DNA of 64,000 nucleotides from Flaccisagitta enflata. Lineage: Eukaryota. The position numbers were made by a program, and so were the translations under genes. Below are positions 1 through 12,933 of the stretch, piece after piece. Under the pieces are notes generated by a model. The model did not search any database. It was not told the DNA's origin and saw only the letters and a list, made by a program, of their open reading frames with translations. Within the stretch, counting starts at the first letter, position 1. Each line of letters begins with the position of its first letter. The stretch lies in contig OZ231126.1 in assembly GCA_965153355.1 (NCBI GenBank), positions 24,924,001-24,988,000 of the forward strand, in the 5' to 3' direction.

Positions 1-703
1 AGTCGCGTGCACACAACTAACAAATAAACAAAAAGAATAAGAGAGAGGAAAATGAAGAGAAAGAAGAGGAAGTAAACAGTGGTCAGCGATACCCGTTGCC
101 CTGATTTGCATGATTTTGAATAAGAGTGAGAGGAGGCAGGGCAGCAGCCCCAAAGGGGAAAAAATCCTGTAGAACACGGGGGGACTTTCATTTGTCTGTC
201 CGTCTGTCTATCTGTCTATCCTCTCCAGCCCCTCTCAGGCCTGAAGTCTGCCCTCTCAGGCCTTGAATCTGTGAGAATAGATTTCAGGCTTGAGAGGACA
301 GATTTTAGGTCGGAAAGAGCAGATTCCAATCCTTAGAGGGCAGGTTCAAGGCCTGAGAGGGCAGATTCCAGGCCTGAGAGGGTAAATTTCAGGTCTGAGG
401 GGGCATATTTCAGGCCTGAGAAGGTCTGAGGCAACGGATATATGGATGTACAGATGGATGGATAGGCAGACAGGCAGATGGACAGACGGACAGGTAGACA
501 GGCAGACAGATAGTCAGATGGACGGACGGACGGATGGACAGACGGACAGATGGACATACAGATGGATGGACGGATGGCCAGACGGGCGGACAGACGAACG
601 GACAGACAGACAGACAGACAGACGGGCGGACGACGGATGGGCGGGCGGACGGGCGGACAGACGGGGACGGCGGAGCCAGGCAGGCCGAACGAGATGGACA
701 ACG

Positions 704-3329
704 CAGACGTTCTGTTATGCCCCCATATTCACAGGGGAAGGCCGGCTCGTGCTTCAATTGGTACTTTATTGTATAACAAGGCCAACACCTATAAGTCGCG
801 TGCGAGACTTACAGACAAAGAGTGACTTAGAATGACTTAGAATGACTTTCAATGACTTAGAATGACCTAAAATGACCAAAATAGACTTAAAATGACTAAA
901 AAAACAGAAAACCAAAAATAACTTAAAATAACTTAAAATGACTTAAAATGACTTAAAATGACTTAGACTGACTCAAAATGACTTAGAATAACTATAAATG
1001 ACTTAAAATGACTTAAAATGACCTAAGAGTTGACGTTATAGTACAAAGAACTAAAGTGTGACGGACCGACGGACCGACGGACGGACGGACAGACCGACGG
1101 ACGGACGGACGGACCGACGGACGGACGGACCGACAAAGCGGGTTGTAGAGTCGCGTAGCACGCGACTAAAAAAACAATTTCAGGTCTTGTCAAGGATTTT
1201 CTACCTTCCCTGGAGTAACGGTTTTGGTTTTACTATCATGGGTAATAGGTAGTTGTTGGGAAAATGTCCAAATTTGGTCACTTTGACCTCAAATTTAGGC
1301 CACTTCGCCTTTGAAATCGAACCTAAAATCCATGAGATTATTTAACTAGAGCTCAAGTGCTAACCAATGATGCAATCCGCATGTTTTTATCTTTCTTTGT
1401 TCAGATTTGAGAGAGTTTTAAAGATGGGGCTTGAGAGGACTTTTTTGCAGCATGAAATCTGGGGGTAATTTGGAAATTTTTCACATTTTTAGTTGCGGAC
1501 ACGCAACTCTATAAGAGGCTTTGTCCGTCCGTCCGTTGGTCGGTTGGTCGGTCCGTCGGTCCGTCTGTAACCATCGAGTTGAAAAGTGGGAAAACGCGCA
1601 TCTCCGCCCCTGCCCACCCGTCCGCAACTGATGGCCGTGTATCCGGCCTTGTTCACTATACTGCAGCTTTGGATCGACCAATCTTTAAACAAGGCCGGAT
1701 ACACGGCCATCAGTTGCGGACGGGTGGGCAGGGGCGGAAATGCAACTGTCCGCAACTAAAAATGTTCTATAACGCTCGTTTCCTCACTTTTCCACTCGTG
1801 TCCACGGACCGACTGACCCACGGACCGACTGACGGACCGACGGACGGACAAAGCCTCTTATAGAGTTGCGTGTCCGCAACTAAAAATTGGTGACCAAATT
1901 GAAGAGTTTTTGATGCTCTAACTGATTCTGGAAAAATTTTGGACCGATATGGCCTCCAAAAAATCTTATTCACTCTATAAGCAGGTGAAAAAAGTCAAAT
2001 TATAATGTCATTTAGGTTATTTTTCATTGAAAAATTATGCCACTTCCAAATGGAAAATTGACTTAAAATTCATGAGCAAATCAAACTACAGCTCAAGAGC
2101 TAATCAGTGGTGCAATCAGCATATTTCTATGTTTACTCATTTAGATTTTAGAGTCTTTCAAAGATGAAGGGGTATGAGGATCGTTTTTGTCATTATACCC
2201 TTTAAACTTTGAAGTTTTGTCAAATCTACTACATGAATTAAAAAAAAAGACGCACCTTTTCATTTGCTGATAAAACTGACTCAAAAAGACTCAAAAAGTG
2301 TTAAAAAATTTTTTTAGAGGAAGTGATTTTGAAGATTTTCAAATTATCTTTCATTCTAGACCAATCCCAGATCTGTAACTTCGACGGTTTAGGAGCTAGA
2401 GCTCTCTAAAGTGAGACACCATTTTGCTGAATTGCATCTTTTTCAAAGGAACTGCAAAAACAAATTTGGCAACATTTTTACTCAAACTAATGCCATTTCT
2501 AAACGAAAAAAGATAGAGATACCAGATTGGCGCCAAATGAAAGAGTTTTTCAAGAGCTTCAAAATGGTCTAAGATTTTAATAAGTTTTTTTGATTTTCAG
2601 TGGCGTAATTAGCCATTCAAAAGTGCGTCTTTTTTTTTAATTCATATAGTAGACGCAGAATTGTTTTGACATGCCGATTGCACCACTGATTAGCTCTTGA
2701 GCTGTGGTTTGATTTGCTTATGAATTTTAAGTCAATTTTCAGTTTGGAAGTGGCATAATTTTTCAATAAAAAATAACTTAAATGACATTATAATTTGACT
2801 TTTTTCACCTGCTTTTAGAGTTAATAAATTTTTTCTGAGGCCATAACGATCCAAAATTTTTTAGAATCAGTTAGAGCATCAAAAACTCTTCAATTTGGTC
2901 ACCAATTTTTTAAAGATTGGTCTATCCAAAGCTGCAATATAGTGAAAAATGTGCAAATTACCCCCAGATATCATGCTGCAAAAAAGTCCTCTCAAGCCCC
3001 ATCTTTAAAACTCTCTCAAATCTAAACAAATAAAGATAAAAACGTGCAGATTGTACCACTGGTTAGCTCTTGGGCTCTAGTTTAATAATCTCATGGATTT
3101 TAGGTTCGATTTCAAAGGCGAAGTGGCCTCAATTTGAGGCCAAAGTAACTAAATTTGGACATTTTCTCAACAACTACCTATCACCCATGATAGTAAAACC
3201 AAAACCGTTACTCCAAGGGAGGTAGAATATCCTTAACAAGACCTGAAATTGCTTTTTGATACAATAAAGTACCAATTTAATCGCAAACCGGCCTTCCCCT
3301 ATGAATATGGGGGCATAACAGAACGTCTG
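704..3329. mobile_element. Long-TIR (foldback) non-autonomous DNA transposon, hAT-like termini
   Basis: CAGACGTTCTGTTATGCCCCCATATTCA at 704 is inverted at 3302-3329. The arms continue (1170-1480 vs 2950-3255; 1885-2125 vs 2670-2910; 2226-2256 vs 2624-2653). Flanks ATGGACA(acg)/ATGGACAG resemble a degenerate 8-bp TSD. The left arm carries three HINE-like insertions. Confidence 0.8.
1486..1885. mobile_element. Two short HINE/DINE-1-like elements (1486-1652 +, 1689-1885 -)
   Basis: TTTTTAGTTGCGGACACGCAACTCTATAAGAGG, (GTCC)n, sub-terminal CCGTCCGCAACT, and 3' hairpin GGCCGTGTATCCGGCC-TTGTT. Other copies at 8839-8999, 10556-10620, 16586-16690, 44331-44627 and 48901-49056. Confidence 0.8.
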
Positions 3330-4341
3330 ATGGACAGACGGACGGACGGACGGACGGACGGACGGACGGACGGACGGACGGACGGACGGACGGACTGATG
3401 GACGGACGAACGGACGGACGGACGGATGGATGGATGGACGGACGGACGGACGGACGGACGGACGGACGGATGGACGGATGGACAGACAGATGGATGGATG
3501 GACAGACTGATGAACGGACGGATGGACAGATGGATGGACAGACAAACGAGGGTCCCCGTGTTGAACAGGACTTTGTCCCCTTCGGGGCCGCTGCCCAAAA
3601 AGTAAAAGAATCAATGAACATGAACTGGCTCAAGTGATTACTCAGTTCTATTTCCATTTTGCCGATTCATCACTCGACGCGATGACTCAACAACATTTAC
3701 GGGAAATTCCTTATCTCAGTTTTAAAGTCTTTTAGTTTACAAGGCGGATTTTCCTTCGGTTTTTTTTAAAGAATTTCTGGGATGCATGAACAAAACTAAA
3801 CATCGCTGTTCATTTCAGGAGGGTCGTCCGTCAGTCCATCACACCCAAATCAAAATGTTATAACTCTACGAGATGCCTGATAGTATTATCATATCATATG
3901 ACAAGTAGAACAATATCCCTCACTATACCCAAACTGAGATGAATGGAACGTGATTGCCCTTGCCATCCCACAGATAACTCGTTGCCGAGTGTATACTACG
4001 CTGTGATAGCTCTTTGGACAGCAGCCCAAAGGGCCCTTGTCCTGTAGAGCACAAATACGAATTTCCGGACATTGAATTTCCGTGTGTCCATCTGTCCTTC
4101 TATCTATCTACCATTTCAGCCGTCGAGGCCCCTAAGTACTCAAATCAGACGATGTAGTTGACTACATTAATCACGATTACGTGAAACTTGTTGTGTTGGT
4201 TGGTCGGTTCGTCTATCAGATCATTTTCTGATATCCGGCCTCAAAACTCATTCCTGCATTACCAAATCCTATGTCTTAGCTCTTGTCTTGTTTATCATAA
4301 ATCAAGCAGCTTTCTCTCAATTGCGAAAGACCAAGGGAAAA

Positions 4342-4533
4342 CCTAGCACGTCGGTTTTCTAGCTTAGAAAATCAGCCCAAAGGTGAATGGCCGGTGTTAC
4401 CAGTGCCTAGCACGTCTGGTTTTCTAGCTTAGAAAATCAGACCAAAGGTGGTGAATGGCTGGTGTTACCAGTGCCTAGCAAGTCTGGTTTTCTAGAATAG
4501 AAAAGCAGCCCAAAGGTGATAAATGACCGGTGC
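4342..4533. repeat. 3 x ~65-bp tandem repeat
   Basis: CCTAGCACGTCTGGTTTTCTAGCTTAGAAAATCAG units at 4342, 4406 and 4474. Confidence 0.85.
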
Positions 4534-5488
4534 CCTGCTGAAGTGGTTAAAGAGTCAAACCAGGGAGGAAAGCAGTGCAACTCGAACAAACAAAATCTGT
4601 CAGTTGGCTGGTTAAGTCTGGATCAGGCCGGGATCTGAGTCTACGAGGTCTGATTCTGAGTCATCGGGGCAAGAATCTTGGTCTTGGAGGTCCAGATTTG
4701 AAAACATGGGTTCTAGAGGCGAGGATCTAGATATCAGAGGCCTAGGATCTGATGAAGGAGGTTGGGATCAGGGTTTTGGAGGCTGGGATGGTCTGAAGGG
4801 CCAGAATCTTTGTAGCAGAGCTGAGGCCAGAATCTGGGTTTCACGATTGATTCAGATAAGAATTTCGGTTTGCCAGCAAAAACCTGGACCATTCTTCATT
4901 CATTGGCAGTATTTGGTAAGGACCAAGACCAAGAATCTTTGCCTCATGACTCCTTTAAACTCGATCATCACAGATCAACGACGGATGAACTGATGAACTG
5001 ACGGAACAACAGACTTACAGAACAACAAACGGACAAAGCCTCTTGAAGAGACGCATTTCATACAATGTTTCTCATCAAGATATGATTAATCAAAACTATG
5101 CACTTCATTTAAAAAAAAATTGAATAAGTAAGGAACAACAACAAGCAGAAGGGAGAAAACCACCCACAGAGATGAAATGGAGGGGAAGATTAGTGGATGA
5201 GAGTCAGTAAAAGGGGTATGAAGACGAACAGATAGACTACGCTGTATTGTAACACACGGAAATTTCTTTAAGGTCTTTGAAATTAACACTCGATCTCCTT
5301 ATTTCGTAAACCTCTGTAATGTACTGTAATGTAATGTAATGCAAAGTAATGAACCACCTTTATTTCTCCTTTTGTTTTACTCAGCTTTCGGTTCAAGTGG
5401 AAATTTTCAAAAGGTCTTAAAAAAGAGCGTGACAAAAGAGCAAAAGAGTCACCACAAGGTAGGCAGGGCCACAAACAAAGAACCATGG

Positions 5489-5920
<432 letters not shown>

Positions 5921-6137
5921 AAGGCCGTATACACGGCAGCATTCGTCACGGACGTGGTGGCAGGAGTGGAAAGACACACAGACACACAGAGCGGAAAGAC
6001 ACACAGACACACATCAAAACAAGGCCGGACACACGACTCTAGTTGCGTGCGGGTGGGCAGGAGCAGTGTTGGAGATGGTCATCCGGCATCCGGGCAGGAG
6101 CCGAATGCTCAAAGAGCTCAAAAACGCAAAAAAAAGT

Positions 6138-6746
6138 AATAGTCGCAAAAGCGTTAGATGGTCAACGGTACCCGTGCCCTGCCCTTGTAGTAGTAGTAGT
6201 AGTAGGTTGTACTTGAAATTAAAGGGGAAGCAGGGCAGCGGCCCCGCAGTGGTCGCTGACCTATGCTTTCACACATATGGGTAATTTTCTCCTCCTCCTC
6301 CTCCGTCCGCCCTGCCCACAAGCTTGAGGCCTAAATTCTAGTCCCAGTCCCGTGGCCCAAATATTATCCAAAAGGCCCAAATCCTAGCCTCAAGGCCCAT
6401 GTCCTAGCCTGGAGGCCCAAATTCCAGCCCTAAGACCCAAATCTCATCCTTGAGGCTGGGATATGAACCTTGAGGCTTAGATTTAGGCCTCAAAGCTGGG
6501 GTTTGAGCCTAAAGGATGAAACTTGGGCCTCAAGGCTGGGATTTGAGTCTCCAGACTAGAATAAAAGGATTATGGGCCTTGAGGCTAGGATTTGGCCGTT
6601 TGGTATAGGACTTGGGCCACGAGACTGGGATTTGGGTCTCGGCCTCAAAGCTGGGAGGCAGGTACGGACGTAGGAGGAGAAGGAGAAAATTCCCCATATA
6701 TGTGAAAGCATAGGTCATCGACCCCTTAGGGGCCACTGCCCAAAAA
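6138..6746 (-). mobile_element. GGGCAGCGGCCCC-family element (type ii, 20-bp inverted satellite)
   Basis: Tail AGTCGCAAAAGCGTTAGATGGTCA, with inverted copies of GACCTATGCTTTCACACATATGG. Lies inside a HINE at ~6019-6813. Confidence 0.75.
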
Positions 6747-6974
6747 GGGGACTGACCAACCAACCGACCAACCAACGCAACGACATAGCGGGGTGTAGAG
6801 TCACGTGGCACGAGATGTAGATAAGGTTATTTTCTCAAAGATTTTGCATAATGACCATCTTAATCATTAAATTTTTTTACAAACTTGAGGCTGGGCTTTG
6901 TCCTTAAAATTTTCTTAATTTTCAGCAAAATGTCAGCCTTGCGTCCTTATGAACTTTGACCTTCTTAAAAAGAT

Positions 6975-8060
6975 GGTCGCCCAAGGGTCGGGTGTGTCCA
7001 AAAATAAAAATCATCTTTGATCTGATCATCAACATCAGGGTGTGTAAACAAAAGAATTTTAAGACCTTTAGCGTTTTTATTTTTTCAAATTTCATTTATC
7101 ATCCGTTTTTTCCAAAACCCCTTTTTATCCGCTAATTTGTATATTTCTGTGATATTGATTTTATATCAGAATTATTGATCATAAATATCAAATATAAAAT
7201 ATTTTAATATTTTGGTTCGATTTCTAATTGGGGTTAGGTAAAAGTTGTTTTTTTGCCACAAAAATCATATAAAGTAATAAAACTTGATATTCTTTGTTGA
7301 AGTTTTGGGTCTTATTTTCAACAAAACTAAGTGGAGACTCTGAAAGTATATATATTTTTGACAATCTTTTCCTGCGCTAAAAAAATGGAAGACAACTGAA
7401 ATTTGAAACAATAAAAACGCTAAAAATCTTAAAATTCTTTTGTTAACGCTCCCTGTTATTGATGATCTGATCAAAGATACTTTTTATTTTTTGACACACC
7501 CGAGCCCAAGGGCAATATGTGGTCAGCGATACCCGTTGCCCTGCTTTGCATGATTATAAAATGGAGTGAGAGGAAGCAGGGCAGCGGCCCTGAAGGGGAC
7601 AAAGTCCTGTAGAACACAGGGGGACTTTTGTTCATCATTCCATCCGTCCGTCCATCCGTCCATCCGTCCATTCCCCCCAGGCCCTCTCAGACCTGAAATC
7701 TGCTCATCAGGCCTGAAATTTACCCTCTCAGGCCTGAAATCTGCCCTCTCAGGCCTTGAATCTGCGAGGGCAGATTTCAGGCCCGAGAGGACAGATTTCA
7801 GGCCTGAGAGGACAGATTTCAGGCCTGAGAGGACAGATTTCAGGCCTGAGAGGGCAGATTTCAGGCCTGAGAAGGCAGATTCAAAGCCTGAGAGGGCAGA
7901 TTTCAGGCCTGAGAGGGTAAATTTCAGACCTGAGATGGCAGATTTCAGGTCTGAGAGGGCCTGGGGGGGGACGAACAGATAAATGGACGGACCGAATGAC
8001 AAACGAAAGTCCCCCTGTGTTCTACAGGACTTTGTCCCCTTCGGGGCCGCTGCCCAAAAA
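6975..8060 (-). mobile_element. GGGCAGCGGCCCC-family element (type i), tail interrupted by the 9-bp-TSD MITE
   Basis: Complete structure, with inverted arrays of CCCTCTCAGGCCTGAAATCTG. Confidence 0.8.
6988..7503. mobile_element. MITE with ~110-bp TIRs and 9-bp TSD (Mutator/MULE-like)
   Basis: TCGGGTGTGTC...GACACACCCGA, with perfect TSD GCCCAAGGG at 6979-6987 and 7504-7512. Confidence 0.85.
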
Positions 8061-8129
8061 GAGTGTAGTGCTCATGGACCAAGGGACGGTCCAACAGACA
8101 GAAGGACCAATGGACAGACGGACATTGCC

Positions 8130-8715
8130 TTTTTGGGCAGCGGCCCCAAAGGGGTCGATGACCTATGCTTTCACACATATGGAGAATTTTCTCCTCCTTC
8201 TTCTTCTTCTCCTCCTCTGTCCCCCCCCCCACCCAAATCCTACTATGAGGCCCCAATCCAGTCTCGAGGCCTAAATCCCAGCCTCAAGGTCCTTGAGGCC
8301 CAAATCCCCTTCTTGAGGCCAAAATCCCATCCTTAAGGCCCAAATTCCAGCCTCAAGGCCAAAATCCGAGTTTGAGGCCCAAATCCCAGCCTCAAGGCCC
8401 AAATCCTATACTCAGGGCCCAAATCACAGCCTCAAGGCCCTGATCACAGCCTAGAGGCCTAAATCATTTCCCCAAGGCCAAAATTCCTGAATTAAGGCCC
8501 AAATCCCCGCCCAAAATGCCAGCCCCAAGGCCTAAATCCAAGCCCTAAAGCCCCAATCCCAATTACTAGAAGGAGGAGAAAATTCATCATATGTGTGAAA
8601 GCATAGGTCATCGACCCCTTTGGGGCCGCTGCCCTGCTCCCTCCCTCAACCTTAATCACAACCTACTTGGGCAGGGCACGGGTACCGCTGACCATCTGTC
8701 GCTTTTGCCACTATT
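8130..8715 (+). mobile_element. GGGCAGCGGCCCC-family element (type ii)
   Basis: Head TTTTTGGGCAGCGGCCCCAAAGGGGTCGATGACC, 20-bp satellite, inverted sub-terminal copy, and tail GGGCACGGGTACCGCTGACCA. Confidence 0.8.
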
Positions 8716-10740
8716 AAGAGTTGCGTGTCTGCAACTAAAAATATCGATTTTAATCTCAACCTGATACACAGGAATTACAGGAGACACCTTTCGATCAGTC
8801 ATGACATGTGCAATGGTAGCATTGAATTTAGCTATGCCTTTTTAGTTGCGGACACGCAACTCTATAAGAGCCTTTGTCCGTCCGTCCGTCCATCCGTCCG
8901 TCCGTCCGTCGGTGTGTATGAGTCGAAAAGTGTTAAACTGCGCATTTCCGCCCCTGCCCACCCGTCCGCAACTGGTATGGCCGTGTATCCGGCCTTGTTA
9001 CACTCTAAGCCGCTTTCGCTTTTCCTTTTGTTTGACTCAACTAGTGTTGTTTACGGACAATTTTTAAAGCTTACAAGAGACAGAATGACAAAAGATCAAA
9101 AGAGACGTGAGTCAGGTGAGGAATGCCATGGACTGAATCATAGGTCAAGCAGTCCACTGAGGTCAAAATATCGTATGGTCACTTGGCATGGAGCATGATT
9201 GACGTCTGGACCATTTCTGACATGACAATTATGCCATCAGTAGCATCAAGGAAATACACATGGCGTGAGAGAAACTTGGGAAATTTGGGTGGCGACAGGT
9301 CATGGCATGCACCTGTAGCTTGTATTCGCATGATGCAGATTAGCGCAAACGAACAATTTCGCCCGAATTTTTAAACCACATCGGGTGACTAATAAGACAG
9401 AAATTCTGGCCTCAAGAATCGATTTACATAGCCCTTAGGACTTGGATTTAGGCCTCAAGGCATCAAACCTAGAATTTGGGCCTCAAGTCTAGAATGTGGG
9501 CATCAAAGCTGTGCCATGAGCTTCAAGACTGACATTCGAGCCTTGAGGTAGGGGAGGGGGAGGGCTACAAAGGAGATGGAGAAGAAGGGGGAAAACTCTC
9601 CCAAATAAAAAGTCACCGGATCTTTCAGATTTTTTTCTCTTTCGTGTCTATCTTTACAGGGTATAACAGCAGCGAAAGTCCAGGGTACGACAAAGTGCCA
9701 AAGTACGCAAGCATTGCTCGTAGGCAGCTAGTTATTCTTGTAGGCAGGAGAAAAAGATGTATGAAAATTTTAGTTCTAATTTTAGTTCAAATTCAAGACA
9801 GAATTGTTTTATTAAACATCAAGATCTAGCTTTTCGGGATTTTGCCATTAGTTAGGATGTAAAAAGTATTACCAATAAAGTCATATTTCTGTACTTAACA
9901 AATACCCAAAACTTTTTTAAAATGTGCATATTTTTATTGTAGGCAGAAAGCTATTAAAAATTTCTGCTTGTAGGCAGGACAGGACATTAGATTTGGCACT
10001 TTAATGTTCTTAAGGGTTTTTCAATTTCCGTAATGAGGTGCTAATGGTGAGGCACACAACCATTGCCTAAAAATTTTGTCAGACCCTGAGCGTAACTTCA
10101 CTTTAATGCAGTTGAATACCTTATCCCAGTTTTGGATGTTCTTGCACGAACCCGATGTAGTATCTAACTAAGGACTGTAATTTACAGTGTAAACCATTCG
10201 AGATTAATCTCAACTTAATTTCCCTTGGGCTGATTAACAAAACAATTCTCGGGCTGATTAACAAAGAGTATGATTTATGAAACATCTCATACTCATGTAA
10301 TAAAGTTTCTACTGAACTTTGACTAAAGGCAGTAGTAAAGCGAAACCTCTTGCTCGTGCTGAATGTCTTTTGTTGTTTCTCTTCAGCCAGCGATATACGC
10401 GGAAATTTCCCCAACTAGGACTGGGAGGGTGGTAAAAGACAAAAGCGCAGCTAACTCACTTGGAATTGGCCCTTAGCTTTTCCCCCATTTTCCACATGAT
10501 ACGGTGACTTTCTTTGGCATTGAAAACAATTTTCGTTCACCCTCAGTAAAGTTCTTTTTTAGTTGCGGACACGCAACTCTATAAGAGGCTTTGTCCGTCC
10601 GTCGGTCGGTCGGTCGGTTGTACGCATGTCATTGCCAATCATTATAAAGGAGTTCCCCATTTATAGTTTTACAAAGCATAATACGATATTTTCGAAGTAT
10701 GAATTGGCTACATCGAAACATTAGGATGGACAGCCAGACG

Positions 10741-10980
10741 TTAGGATGGGCGACGAGTACAAGAATTGCAGTACTCAACTCTCTCCCACATTCGAATTCC
10801 TCCGATGCTAACGCAAGTGTAACTTGGATAACTGGAATCCAAGACGCTGATGCCCAAACATTTGAAGGATTCTTTGACACTTTTCTCCACGTCACAATAT
10901 TTGCTCTGCGTGTGCCTTTCAAAATGACGTCCGGAAAGGTCTTCGCACAAAATGGTCCAGGTTGAGTATTCATCACATTT
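10741..10980 (-). CDS. Exon 3 (terminal) of F5/8-type-C / F-type-lectin-like gene
   Basis: Acceptor TACTAG|AAA, phase 0. Reads KCDEYSTWTILCEDLSGRHFERHTQSKYCDVEKSVKESFKCLGISVLDSSYPSYTCVSIGGIRMWERVEYCNSCTRRPS-stop and completes the beta-sandwich. Spliced CDS is 73+299+240 = 612 nt, giving 203 aa. Confidence 0.85.
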   Translation of the reverse strand, partial: KCDEYSTWTILCEDLSGRHFERHTQSKYCDVEKSVKESFKCLGISVLDSSYPSYTCVSIGGIRMWERVEYCNSCTRRPS

Positions 10981-11093
10981 CTAGTAATGGAAGAACAGTA
11001 CAGCAGCTTAGAAGAACTGAGCACAACTACTAGTAAGTAAATTGATCCCTGCGCTACACAAACACAAACACAAACAAAAATGAAAATGAAAAC

Positions 11094-11178
<85 letters not shown>

Positions 11179-11225
11179 AACAACAATAACAATAACAACA
11201 TCAACATAAACCTCGTCAAACACAA

Positions 11226-11318
<93 letters not shown>

Positions 11319-11433
11319 AAACAAAAACAAAAACAAAAACAAAAACAAAAACAAAAACAAAAGCAACAACAATAACAATAACACTAACAATAACAACAAC
11401 AGAAACAAAAACAAAAACAAAAACAACATATAC

Positions 11434-11732
11434 CTCGTCATTTGTGCCAATGAATTGCCATTTCGTGGCCCCACACCAGAAGCCAGCTTTGCCGCAGTGC
11501 TCGTCATGGCGAGGGCGGAAAGAGACGCGCCCGGGCACAATGCCGGATTTGAACTCATACCAGACCAAATGAGGAAATGGGACAACATCGCCCCCTTCGC
11601 CTTTGGCATCTTTGCCAGTGTGCAAGTAACTAAGGTTCTGATCAAATGCCCATTGTGGTTTCTGGGCCTCTGAACGGATGGATGACGCACCGGCAGTCCC
11701 ACCAACAAAACGTACTTGTTTTAACACCGTAT
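11434..11732 (-). CDS. Exon 2 of F5/8-type-C / F-type-lectin-like gene
   Basis: (TC)n-TTCCAG acceptor. Reads TVLKQVRFVGGTAGASSIRSEAQKPQWAFDQNLSYLHTG...FPHLVWYEF...RVSFRPRHDEHCGK...WQFIGTNDE. The ASS / AFDxN / HT / PHxxW / RxD pattern is typical of discoidin/CBM32/fucolectin folds. Donor GAG|GTATAT is phase 0. Confidence 0.85.
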
Positions 11733-11733
11733 C

Positions 11734-11772
<39 letters not shown>

Positions 11773-11819
11773 AGAAAGAAAGAAGAAAGAAGAAAGAAAG
11801 AAAGAAAGAAAGCAAGCAA

Positions 11820-11853
<34 letters not shown>

Positions 11854-11881
11854 AAAGAAAGAAGAAAGAAAGAAGAAAAGA

Positions 11882-11931
<50 letters not shown>

Positions 11932-11956
11932 AAGACAGACAGAGACAGACAGAGAC

Positions 11957-12023
<67 letters not shown>

Positions 12024-12476
12024 AGAAGAAGCTATTTATTCAGGATATAACATGCGACTGATGAACAGACCTGTACATCTTCCTTTCCTTCCGAGTAGCA
12101 GATATTTTTCCTGAAAATCTTCCGACTAGTCTAGCTATGCTTTCATATGCCTTTTCATATCTAACTATGAATGTTACACAACGCAACTCAACAATATCTG
12201 AAATAAGGGCAAGAGCCTTTGGAGCTCTAACTGGTGTTTATCCGGACCCATCACAACTATCCTTTAAATGTCTGAAAAGATATCCCCCTTCAGATATTAC
12301 CAAAACACTGGTCAAAAGTTATGCAACATTTAGAAAATTGTCACTTATCTCTGTCTATACTTGAGATATGCAGACCACAAGAAAAATCTTGACTCGGACA
12401 ACATTACATTGCAACCCAAAAGAAAAATCGATTGATAGAAAGAAACTTTTCTTCCTGAAACAACCCTCTCAAAAAA

Positions 12477-12569
<93 letters not shown>

Positions 12570-12933
12570 CTTTTCATTTTCTTGTTTTTTATTTGGCCTT
12601 CTCTTTTTTCCCTTTGCCCTTTGCATTTCTTTCTTCTTTCCTTCCTTCCTTCCTTCCTTCCTTCCTTCCTTCCTTCCTTCCTTCTTTCCTTCCTTCCTTC
12701 CTTCCTTCCTTCCTTCCTTCCTTCCTTCCTTCCTTCTTTCCTTCCTTCCTGCTTACCTTCCTTCCAAACCTTCCGAGTATCACTCAGCTCTTCCGAGTAG
12801 CGGCGCTACTCGCTACTACAAGATATACAGGTCTGCTGATGAATGTACTGAGATACGTGAAGAGGTAAAACAAGAAGATGATAGAGTTGTTGGTCCGTAT
12901 ATTAGTGACAAAAGAGCCGAAACACAAACTTAC

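Larger units (their letters stand above)
79..3600 (-). mobile_element. GGGCAGCGGCCCC-family HINE-like element (type i), host of 704-3329
   Basis: Tail GTGGTCAGCGATACCCGTTGCCCTG, sub-terminal inverted repeat, 21-bp inverted satellite, (GGAC)n, and head ...GGGGCCGCTGCCCAAAA. Confidence 0.75.

Noticed and set aside
10629-11708. 359-aa minus-strand ORF as a single-exon gene
   Set aside because: Wrong frames. The real coding segments are in other frames and are separated by a GT-AG microsatellite intron.
12071-12825. Extra lectin exons (40 nt at 12110-12071, and a segment ending AAG|GTAAGC near 12757 with an in-frame TGA)
   Set aside because: They are not needed for frame, since exon 1 splices in phase to 11732. 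The peptides are uninformative and there is no SECIS evidence for a selenocysteine reading.
12785-12870. Hammerhead-like CTGATGA-stem-GAA
   Set aside because: Stem II is possible, but the core reads GAAG rather than GAAA and no stem I pairing can be formed.
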